Shown in pieces: positions 47,463-59,400 of a DNA stretch of 64,000 nucleotides. The stretch comes from Priapulus caudatus. Lineage: Eukaryota. Within the stretch, counting starts at the first letter, position 1; each line of letters begins with the position of its first letter. Position numbers and translations under genes: made by a program. The notes beneath the pieces were generated by a model. The model saw only the letters and a list, made by a program, of their open reading frames with translations. It had not been told where the DNA came from and ran no database searches. Where the stretch lies: NCBI RefSeq assembly GCF_000485595.1, contig NW_014577068.1, positions 338,379-402,378 of the forward strand. The letters run 5' to 3'.

Positions 47463-50400
47463 ATGCAGGCGTGCGTGCGTGCGTGTGCGGTTGCATGCTT
47501 GTCTGTGCCTGAATGCGCGCCTATACATGCTTTCATGTGTGCGTACAGTTGCGGAATCTCTGAGTATTGACTGGCTGTAGTAAATGATGTGTTGACTGTT
47601 GCATGCAGTCAAGGAGCGTGGACAAGCGACATGCTGTGATCACGTTCGACCATTACGACAACAAGTTACGAGTGAAGGATCTCAGCAGTACAAATGGGGT
47701 ATGCCATTAATCCGGTTTAGCCTCACAACGAAATGTAGATTGAATTTAGATTAGCTTAGCTTTAATTCGATTTAAAATTATAATTATATTTACTTGCTTT
47801 GAGCGTAGTTGCATAGTATTTATAAGTCACGAAATGTTTTCAATATGCCAGAATTATCGAACGAAGTTGAGCATTTTGTAACCACAGTTACATCAACAGG
47901 TCTTGGCTCGTTATTTTCTTTGTCTGTTTAAATTATTATTTTCATATTGTTTATTAATGGGGTTGTTCACACGTTATCAGAAGTGCGCAGACCTTACGAT
48001 AGTGGGGCGAGGGTGAGGGCCAATGGCCATAGTATAAGCTTTTAGAAATACAGCCAAACCTGTATATATGATGTTACTCACGTGAAACCTCAACAGTGTA
48101 ATTTATAGACAGGTATACGTTCTGTAGAGGTAATTTCACTGTATATCTGACTAAAGTAAAATTCTAATAGCATCTTTTATAGACAGCTGTATGATATATA
48201 TATGAGGTGGTTCTGCTGTTTAACTGCCACTCAAGCGAAATGCTAAAAGGTTGGCTGGTTTATTGAAGCCTGATCCTTTCGTTCACATGTCTAGTGGAAA
48301 ATCTGAGGTGATTCATTTCGCTAGGAATTTGATTATTTACACTTGCCTGCGAGATTAGTGATGTGAATGAATGGTGAAAGCCAGACTTCATGGTGATATA
48401 CGTGTTTAGATGTAGCAATAGAGTGGAGACAGCTCATAAGAAAGCCTTGTGAAGGCCAACGTTTTACCATGCAAGAAGGTTTTTACATGGTTTTATGAGT
48501 CGTCATTTTGGTGCGGTTTGTGCAAATAAATTGATGCCACACAGAAATAGCGGAATGAAATCAATAAGATGTATAGCCAGCTGAGTAATAAGGCAGTTAT
48601 TAGGGCAGGAACAACGTTCCGTTCTTATTCTGCGGAACTCTATTGCATTCTAAGGCAGTCATATAGTGTACAAAGACGTATAAATCACGTTCGCTAGCTG
48701 CAAATATATATATATACGCGTGCCGCGGACTGAGTGCGAATATATATATATATATATATACGCGTGCCGCGGACTGAGTGCGAATTGTCATTGCTAACGC
48801 AAAAATGTTTTGTGTCTGATGTATTGAATGGATATGTGTTGCAACGTGACGCTACGCGTGTGTGATCCTGAGGATACTCTATAGCGTTAAACTGTGAGCA
48901 AAACTGTTGGGAAGCCACCACTCGTTTTTGTCACAAAGTCAGCGGGGGAGAGGAGTTGCCAGAAATTGCAAGGACTAGAGCAAGTCGATCTGGCTTCAAA
49001 AGAATTCTGACACGCGTTTTTATAGTTGGCAAGTTGCGCTTGTCTGCGAACGAGTTTTTACACTGTTAGATCATCGGAAAGATATCAGCTGATATCTGTG
49101 CACTGTGCGTAACTCAAACGGCTTCTCGGGCGGAAATTCTTTTAACAGAACTATCAGAATCTTTTCGGCAGATGGTGTTTGGTGGCATAGTAACACGTGC
49201 TCAGCAATATAGCAGCTCAGCCTCGCGATCTAACACGTTCCTCTCTTGGAGTAACTGCAGAAAGTGCAAAATTATCTTGTCGTAAGTTGGAGCAAGTTAG
49301 GTCATAGACCAAACCGCACGTATTGTAGACATTCGGTGAAAGGTGTGTGGAGTGTGCCGGCGGGATTCGTTCCTCAGGTGGCACACTTGCAGCATGCTAT
49401 TGCAGTCTGTAGATTTATCTGATTGACTGGAACCCTGAGTGAGAAAACTAGGTAGTTTCAACAACAATGAACAAAGAAATCATGAACAGTCATGAACAAA
49501 CCATGAACAATTGAACAATGAACAATTCATGAACAACAACAGTGGTCCAGAGAGAAGTAGCAGTTAATGATCGTACATATTGCAAGATCACGTAACTATA
49601 ATGTTATCCTTCCTTGTGATGCGGATACATCATGCTGCCGAAACACCCGCAAAATAAATTTCAGCGTACAAGTTCATCCTCTTGTATGGATGCTGATGTA
49701 AAGGAAAGTGTATGAACGTATGTAAATAAATGTTTGTGCTAGAATTACATGGAAGTTTTGCTACAGCAACCACTACATGTCTAATGCCTAATGGCTTCAC
49801 TGTTAAGTGAAAAAACGAAATGCTTCCGTCATTAGCAAAAACAGCACCTGGTTTATTCTTCTAACAGACGTCTCTTTGCATATATGCGGCGCCAGAGGCT
49901 AATTACTGACTTGTTACAAAAGTACAGTGGCATAACATTCGTGGTGTGATTGGAAGAGTATCCGTGCACACGCTATGCTTTCCTTTTACCGGCGTTGGAC
50001 GATAAAAACGAGTTGTTTTCATTTCAACGTGGCACGAGATAATATTGGGGAAGAGGAGATGGAAGCTGTGGTCATACATTTACACTGTGTGGAATTAGAG
50101 TAGGTCTCATAACGACACAAGCCGTGGCAGTTGACCGGCTGTTACTTCACCTCACAGCTGCCGAATCTCCCGTCCCCAGCTATGCTGAATTCTCAAGAGT
50201 ATAAACACTGCATCGGATACATGCTGAAAGTTTACTTATCCACTCGCTACTGTTTTTTCTGGGAAATCTGAAACGATGGAATTTTTTATTTTTGGCGAGC
50301 GCGCAGGAAGCGTGGCTCTCCGCACATAAGCATGTTATTTATTATTCTTCCTAATGACTAAATGTATGTAGGTTGTTATTTCTGTGTGCTATCTTATTGA

Positions 50401-53400
50401 GGTCATCTGATAGGGTTTTGCGGATTATGATAATCTACAATTTCTAGCTCAGGATAATCCAAATAGATGCAACAAAGTATCATATCCTGTGTTACAGTGT
50501 CAGTATAGAAAAACGTGCTTTTGGCTAAGTGTTTTTTTTTTCAAAGAAAGAGTGGAAATTGATTCAGTGAAGTAAACTGGAAATTGTCTTGAATGTCATA
50601 AAACTATAAAGCTTGATAAATTTATAACACATAAGCCGGCAGAAATTAACTTTTGTGTTAATCTACTCCTGGTATAAACATATTAGTGTCTATACAAATC
50701 TAGATATTTATCCGTCATCGCGAAACACACAGTACGTATCCTGTTCTACTTGCAGACGTTTGTGAATGAGACAAGAATCCCACTACAGACGTACGTGAAG
50801 ATGGACCACAATGACCTTGTTCGATTTGGATATGATATCCTTTTTATTGGAGCACTACACTGCTTGTGATGATTTACCGGAAGAAAGACTAAGGGAAATC
50901 ATAATCTAATTGTATTAAATAATTCGGTTAACTAAGCTTGTAATCTTAAGTAATTTCATAGTTTAAACGAACTGCTGGTCACTGGCTTGGATAATCGGCA
51001 ATATGATAATCGATATTGATGTCATCTTGGTTATGGACAATCTTCTATAACAGTTCTTTTTAATCCCTGGATCACTATTTCATTTGGAGTGAGTTGACAA
51101 GCATCTCCAGTGAATATTCAACGTTTGAAGAACCCATTGAGTCACTTAACTAGAGTTTCTACCCAGTTTTTGCATGCCATTGCATTGTCATTCCCACAGT
51201 TATGTCTCTGCTTCCATTCACTGACTGCCATCAATCTTAGGATCTACGAGCTAATCTTAGAATTGGCTGAATTGAGGCAGTGTTCTGCCTCCTACATGGC
51301 ATATGGTCTTGACCTTGTTGACCTTGCTTAGTTGTCTATATATAGTTTTTGTCTCTGTGCATGGTATGATATATCCACACACAAGGAATAAATACGTGAA
51401 CATAGACAGAACAGGGAAAAGTGCAGGATGTTGGAACACATCTTTTCAACAGGTGTACAGTTACTGAAGCTCAGTAGTAATTCTCTGATGATATTGGCCT
51501 TCATCATGATCTTGGCCACATGGCTGTTCTGTGTCATCCTGCTGTCTAAGAAGATACCAATGCGTTTGCTGTTGCGAGCCTTCCGCTGCCAACAGTGTTG
51601 TAGGCCTCGAGACCGTTTTCCTTGGTCTCGGTCTCGGTCTTGGCCTCGGAGTGCAATGACTCGGACTCGGACTCGAGGACTCCGGGTTCGAGCCCATACA
51701 TACATTGTACACAACCGTACATATTGTAACACGCAGTTTACAAGAATTTAAAACTAAAACTCCTAGGTTTTCTAGATACATGGTCTAATCTTGTAACGTT
51801 TTCAATGGCTCGATTAAGATTCTTGTCTCTTTGGTTTGAATCTGCTGTCACTTCGTCCCTTTGCCGCTTTTTCTACCACTTCTTTCTCTTCTTCTTACAC
51901 TTCGAGGTACTATCACTCTCTCAATTTGGTTCAACAAGCCGTGGCATTCTCCGTAAAACACACAATGGATCCGTTACTTTGACACGTTTCGTATGACTCG
52001 TGTCTCTGTGTTTTCGGCTGACTATACACTTTCGAATGTCTACGATGCACTGATGCGATTTTTTCTCTTTTTTCTTTTTTTCTGATTTTTTCTCTTTTTC
52101 CTATTTTTCCCCTTTTTTTAATCAAAACTGGTCTCGGACTCGGACTCGGACTCGGGTTGTGTGGACTCGGACTTGGACTCGGACTCGGGTGGCGGACTCG
52201 GACTCGGACTCGGACTCGGGGAGTGCGGACTCGGACTCAGGGGGTGCGGACTCAACTACAACACTGGCTGCCAACTCTCTCATTCCAACTGTCGGTGATA
52301 GTGATGGCTTTAAACGTGATGGGACAGTATCTTCCGACAGCTGTGTGCGTTGCTGATCTTATTCCAGTTTTACTGGGAGTTCTACTGAATTTGTACGTCA
52401 GTGTAGAAGGCAGGCGTCAGCAAAAATGCAGACAGCATAGTTGTGGACCTACACTCGAAGGTATTTGGTTTAACAACAGCATGAATCTGGGACGAGTCAT
52501 GTATGAGTCTTCCTTTAGATACTACAATGGCTCAGTCTAACAACTACTTATGTGTCGGTTATCGTTTGAAAGTCTTTGAAAGATCGAACGATATCTCGTC
52601 AGTCTGTCTTGTGTCGTGTATAACCTGCTACTTACTTGCAGGATTGCTTGTATGTTTACCAGCATGACTGTCTCACAGGGTCACTGCTCACAGATTCTAC
52701 GCTGGTAATCCGACAGTACGGGTAATCCATCCAGGTGGTTCATGATTTTGGTGTGAATGATGTGCTCTAAAGTCTTGCAGTCAATGGATGTCAGGGACAC
52801 GTCCCTACGCGATTTTACACTTTCATCTTTCTTAAAAAACGGGTGTAATCCATCTATATTCTGTTAGCTGATGGACTGATATGTAATCTGGATTGAGTAC
52901 ATTTTAGGGCTGGATGGCCTATATATAGTTATAGACCCTAGGATTGCTGGCCGTTAATTGCCATTTTTGTAGTATCTTTTCTAGTTAGTTTGGGTGAGAT
53001 GTGCTTATTCAGGATGTTAGATTTGGTGAGGTTGTTGCTGTATTCAAAGCAAGTCGGTGGTAATTTGGTTACACTGTGGCTCTTATATTTCTTTATTTAA
53101 TGGGGGTGTCTGTAACTTAACCTAATGTTGTTGCCATTTATTTACTGTGCATTTGGCTAACGCTCCATTAGGAGTGTTCCAAACTTTGATATCATTAATG
53201 ATTAATGATTAATGATTAATGATTAATGATTAATGATTGATAATTGATAATCCTAACCCTAACCCTAACCCTAACCTAAATAACATTAAACCACAAACTA
53301 ATATATGACCATGACCATATATATTTTTTTTATTATGACCATTAATGACATTAAAGTTGGGAACACTCCTAATGGAGTATCACCCGTGTGCGTTCTTTTC

Positions 53401-56400
53401 TTGCTATGCCATTGAGGTCCGTATAGAGTTCATGGGCTTTCCTTGACTTGAACTGAACTGGACTCGATCATTAGAATATTGGACATCATAGAGAATATTG
53501 CCGTTTTACCTGAGGCTCGGGTGTTCTCTTGTTGGTTAGGTTGAAAAAGTTGGTTGTTTGAGCAATTTCAAGTGTTTTCACGCTTGTCTATGAAAATATT
53601 ATCTAGACTGTACTTGTCGGGCTTACAATGTCGGGTTATGATTGCTTATTTGGGTTGTTTTACCATGCCATACTTGCATTTACTGTAATGGTAGTATTGG
53701 TTGCAATAGAGCTTTGATTTGCTTTCCTGTCTGTCGCAGTATAGGATTAGTCAGTACAGGTAATCTGTGTCTAACTCGACAGGTAGGTTACAGCCGATGA
53801 ATTTATCCTGTCACTATAAGTAGATAGAGAGATATAGTTTAGAGCAGGTATTGTAATTATACAGGAATTATGTATATGTTCGAACCATTGTGTCACCTTA
53901 CGGATCGTTGTAAGCTAATGAGAGTGATTTGCCTGGTAAGTTGCTAGGCAGGGTGCAAATGATGGTCACCGATTATTATGACAATGGATCGTTTTGTTGC
54001 TCTGGTATAAAAGGCTAGAATTTAGGCTCCGGTCACGTATCATGGAAGATATGCCTCATGTGTACCCGCGTGTGTACTGCCTGTGTGCTCATAGTCGGTA
54101 TGTAGCCGTGCGTGCCACAGAAATACTGTCTACATTCTGCCAGAGAATTGATCGGTCTGAGTAGGAAGGAATTTTGCAGACTGAAAACTGGTTTGTTCCT
54201 TGTACAAATTCCTTAAATACAATGTACAAATTACACTTCCTGCGACAAATCGAGCTATAATTTCACACGCAAATAATCATACCCATTACTAGAGATTTTG
54301 TCCAACATATTTCTAGACGAATTTTCCCAGAGTTCTGCTATAAACTCCACATTTAAAAATTTTTATGGCAAATTTGCAATATAGTAGCCTAGCTGCTGGA
54401 GCTCCATATAGACAATTAGAGACATGAACTAATGTTTTGTGCATGTTTACATGTGTACAGTCATTCGGCAAGTATGGAGAACTGGGAGATGCTTCTCGTG
54501 TTCTAGGCGTATTATTAACAATCTAACGCGCCGTCGTTTTCCTTGACCTTCCCCCGAACATTCGACAACCTTTCGCGTCCAGTTTGTTGATTCTTCGGCA
54601 TCGGCGTGCCAGCACAGTGCGCCACTCTCGCCCGGAACGACAATGCCAGCAACGAGTCCGACGTCAACTCTCGGCATGGACAACAGGCGCCCGGTGACGA
54701 TGTCACGTGGTGAGCAGTTCCCTTCCCCTGTCAAGGACTACAAAACACAAGCCAACGGTTAGTGTCACAGTCTGCGTGTTCAGTACTGTATGAAAGGTCG
54801 GTATAGAGATTGTCTTTGTATTGACTCTCTAATACACTGAAAAGTGTAGAAATATGTTGTCTGCTTATGTTGTGCGATAGCACATGTTTCTTCCTTTACT
54901 ATGGCATACATTTAGCTTAACAACACAATCACCACAACAGTATCAGACAGAATGTGAGAATAATTGTTCAGATTTTAGAGTAATGCTGCGTTTACACTGC
55001 ATGCAATGCATTTCAAGTGCATTCCAACACAATCGGCTGAAATTCGATTGTGTTGGAGTCGGAGTCGGCCGAGCACGTTCTATTTCTCCAACTCGGCGAC
55101 TTGACTTCGACTCCGACTCCAACTCCAACACAATCGAATTTCAGCCGATTGTGTTGGAATGTACTTGAAATCGGAACGATTTGCTGACAAAAATCGATAG
55201 TGTAAACGCAGCATAAGGAAAACCTTTTTTTGTCTTTAGAAATCATTTCACTACGAACTTGATAACTGTGTTTTACTAAAAATGAAATTAGGTGTCAGGT
55301 TATGTTGAATCTTTCTGACGTGCACCTTTGTGTCCTAGGCTTGCCAAGTCCGAGAGAGGAGAGGGTAGAGGAACTGGGGCCTACAGATAACCCATCATGC
55401 TGGAGCTACCCCGAATACCAGGTGATACTGATTGTCATCTTATAGAGCGGCCCTAGCCATACCTAATACCAACGTGATACAACGTTCCTGATCTAGTCTA
55501 CCATGCCTAAACGATGATGACTTAATGTGTTGAATGCATACATGGTGTTTACTGTGGAGTGTGGATATGCATTTTTTATTTTTATTTTATTATATGAAGA
55601 CTATCTATGAAGTAGCATTGCAGTTCTTGACATAATCCACTACTTGCCAATGAAATGTGCACTTTATGTACATGGCATATGATCATAGTGGAAAAAATAA
55701 TGTAGCTTAGAACATAACGGTCAATGGGCATATTAAATTTGCAAGAAACTTGGTGTAAAGCTGTGACCTATTTATTACATAACTCTGATTTTTTTTTTTT
55801 AAACAAGAATTTACCAAAATGCTGATGATAGTACAGGCTGTATCTACTTTGGATGTCAAAATCCACAAAACAATTTAGTCAGGTTGAAAAATTAAATAAC
55901 ATTTCATACTTATTCATGGAAAGGTACTAAATGTTTTCTTGAGGGCACATGAAGGTATAAGTAATTAAGGCAAGCTATATGTCATATGTGGAGGGGGTTC
56001 TTGCAATGTATAATATAATTGTGCTATGCAGAACATACATACACGTGTATGCACACACATACACACGAACATACATACACGTGCATGCACACACATACGA
56101 ACATACATACACGTTCGTGCAACTCAAACATGCTTGGAGTCAATGAAGTAAAATCTTTTCAAAGTGTATTTCATGGTTTTCGCACGAAAAGTAGTATCAT
56201 AAATGTATATATATCAATTGTTCGAGAATTTAATCATTGTTCCAGTAAACGGGCTAGGAAACACATCAAGGACTAACTGTATACAGTCATTACTAATCTT
56301 TCTCTCCTCTCTCCTTGTCTGTACAAAATAATGATTAACAGCACTTTGTATTTTTGTATAAAATTTTTGTGTTCGTTTACATCGAGTGCTTTTATTAAAC

Positions 56401-59400
56401 TATGAAGTGATACTATCATTATCACCCACACTGTAAACTTGCAGTGCATATTACAGTCACGTTTTGAAACAGAAACAGAAAGTTTTCTGTGTCCTTGGTT
56501 TTTTAACTGTGTCAAAAACAAAGAAGTAATTAGATTTTTTTCTTTTGCTTAACATCTTTATTTGTTATCAAGCAAAAAAAGTCTAAAGGCTCGAGTAGAA
56601 TGTCAGCGGCTGATTATTGATTTTCTTCGGCAGGGGTACGCCCACGATCCAGCCATCCATCCCTACGGTATAGAGGAAGAGTACCATCACCACTATCATC
56701 GGCATGTGCGTCCGTCCCCACCACGCGTACTGAAGCAGCCACACTCTTACTATGCACCGCCACCAACGTATGGACCTCCCTGCTCTTGTCACCACCCTCA
56801 TGGTGAGTGTCTTGGCAATATGTGCTACTGTATGGAATGACAGTCTTTAGCTGGTTTAAGAAAGAGCAAAGAATATCAACTGGTAGGAAGTCTAACTGAA
56901 GTTGGCTGCTGTCTCATTACAGTGAGTTCTTTCTTTCTGTTGTTATCTAGTGGTCACACCATTTATTTTTTGTCGCTTAATACAGTAAGGTGGGATTCAT
57001 GAATTCTTTTCATAAGACTGAGCAGAATACTAGCAATCATTTATTTACGGAACATAAATTGACATAAAAGACAAAATTGTAATGAATTTTCGCCGAGTTT
57101 TAATTGCCACTTTGCATTCGGAACATTGCAAGCAATGTGTATTCTAGATGCATTCATCTGTAACTGCAATGGAGGAATAGATGCTCAGTGCCAGTGAATG
57201 CATCCTTTATGTTTGGAATCAACGATTTAGAGCAATAACAACTAATTGTATATGAATGCAGTTGCATTCAACCTGTGAAATTCTCCTAGCTGCTCACTGT
57301 TCCCTTAGGAAACGTTCTCGTTGATATGTAAGCAGGTGCTGCCCTCTTTAATGAATTTATGAATTCATGAATTCACTGTTTAGTATTATCATAATATTGG
57401 GTTGTACATGGGTTCATTGTATTATGCATTGTTTAAAGATTCTTACAATTTAATGGGGTTCAGGTTGGATATGTATGTGTCCCTGAATATAATAAATACT
57501 ACGCAATATACTTTCTGTGATGTTCTGGATGTTATACATTCTCTGCCTTCACGTTCACCAATGATGTTGTGGATGTGATGCATCACTAGCTATTATGTAT
57601 GAAATTTCTCCTTGAGGATATTGATCTTCCTCTGGTAACATTCGTTATCAAAGTGCATGTGAGATCCTGCGACACATTTCTGCATGGACGAGCTGTGCCA
57701 AGTGTAGTAGCTTAATCAATGTTAACAGAAGGCCTGGCATGCAGCGTGTAGCTGAATGTGATTGGCACAGCTTTGGTAATGGCCATTGGCGGAACTGTGC
57801 CTTCTGACTCATGCAAGTTTCTTAGTTGGGGCAGCAGTTGCTCACACGCTTTTACAGTGCCAACTATTCAGGATAGTTAACCACCACATATCCAAATTGA
57901 GTACCACATATCCATTTGTGTACATTTACCTGGTGTCATTGAGAATTTGGGAATTACTGTCCATTGATCATGTTCTAAGGAACCTGGTGTACATTTCTTC
58001 CATTGCAGGGAACAAATTTGCTTTAGTAGGCTATGTTATAAATATAAATAGATTTCTTAACTCTAGATAACTAGAATTAATCCAAGCAATGCTGTGCTTA
58101 CAGGTTACTATTACGGAGGCGGGCCGGCAGTGCACAAGGACAGCCCACCACCGTCACAGCCGCCCACCGCCATGGACGGCTCCGAACCGCCCAAGGATGA
58201 TGTGAAGTCGGTGGCGCCCCCTGGGCCACCGCCGCCGTACAGCAGGTACCACGCGCCGCCTGCGCACCTGCTGCACGGCTGGGACGCGTGCCGCCACCAC
58301 CACGACTCGTCGCACGGCTGCTGCGGGGGCCACCGCCCGCTGTACGAGCGCGGCGACCCACGGGGCGACCCACGGGGCGACCCACGGGGCGACCCACGCG
58401 GCGATCCACGGGGCGACCCACGCGGCGACCCCCGCGCCGCTGACTGGTCTGAGCACGCCGCGTACCAGAGCGGCGACGCCGCCAGCCGCCATGACAGTGG
58501 CTACGCCCCGAGTCCGGAGCCGAGCTCGCGGCCCAGCTCGGCCGGACGCTCGCGCTCGATAGAGTGCGCCGGTGCAGCATCGGAGGCGTTCCTCTCGTTG
58601 CCTGCGGAGGTCAGGAACGTCGAGAGGAAGGAGGAGGTCGAACGTAGCGACACGGTGCCGACGAAGGAGGTCAGCGCGGACTTTAGTTCCATGGTTCGAT
58701 CGTCCTCGTCTCCGCTGCAGGATGCGACGACGCAGGGATCGCTGACACCCGTGCTGTCCCCTGGCGGGAAAAGCGATAGCGGTGAGTTAATGACTTCCCA
58801 GTTGCATGGCAGTGGGGGCAGTGGATCCAGAAGTGAATTCTAGAGGGGGGGGGCAAATCGTGCGAGCTCAAGGGCACGAAGCGCCTGAGGTTAGACTAAA
58901 ATACCCTTGCCCTGAAAATTCTAGGGGGGGGGGCGACCGCCCCCTGTGCCCCCTGCATCCGCCACTGCATGGTGTCACCAACTTTGTTTATCTTGCCGAC
59001 TGCATGCTACTGCTGTAGTTAAACAAACGTCTCCTAGAGGTCAGCAAGCTTCCTTCAGTCTTAATTCGTTTATGACTGCAGTGTGTGTGGTGTGAATGGC
59101 TGAGTATTGAATTTTCTATCCCACAGTTGACCTGCTTTTCCGTTCTAACTGATTTAGGACATTTTACAAATCTTGATCTATTTGAAACCCTGAAAAAATT
59201 TGATACACCGTATGACCTTCACAACTAATACCAGTGCTAACTGCAAAATCACCAGTTTTTGAAACAGATGTAGTGAGCAGCTCATATGTTTGCCACGTTT
59301 GTTGAAGAATACAGAGAAAATATTTTTACTTCTTCGTGTTTACAAAGGGAACTTGAGTACACGTTTCTTGCGAGCAATACTTTATTTTTCGTGTGTTTTC

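Larger units (their letters stand above)
51000..53700 (-). mobile_element. Decayed CR1/L2-type LINE ORF2 fragment inside the U12 intron
   Basis: Minus-strand peptide PFFKKDESVKSRRDVSLTSIDCKTLEHIIHTKIMNHLDGLPVLSDYQ...CET (~52660-52842), plus DLSKTF (DFSKAF-like) and KLYIDN (LYADD-like) remnants; many stops. Boundaries approximate. Confidence 0.75.
50835..54559 (+). other. U12-type (minor spliceosome) AT-AC intron
   Basis: 5' site ATATCCTTT at 50835; branch point TTTTCCTTGAC at 54537-54547; terminal AC at 54558-54559. The splice gives G|AT (Asp) and an open frame. Confidence 0.88.

Noticed and set aside
48300..50340. Possible decayed THAP/Harbinger-type transposase on the minus strand (KFHRFRFPRKNSSEWI)
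   Set aside because: Only a weak FxFP...W resemblance with many stops; needs tBLASTn or HMM support.
54209..54236. Alternative U12 branch site TTCCTTAAA
   Set aside because: Lacks the AC of the branch consensus, and the downstream frames I read stop quickly; the 54537-54559 site fits better.
58098..58692. Antisense ORFs over the GC-rich CEP170 exon
   Set aside because: Shadow ORFs caused by high GC content.
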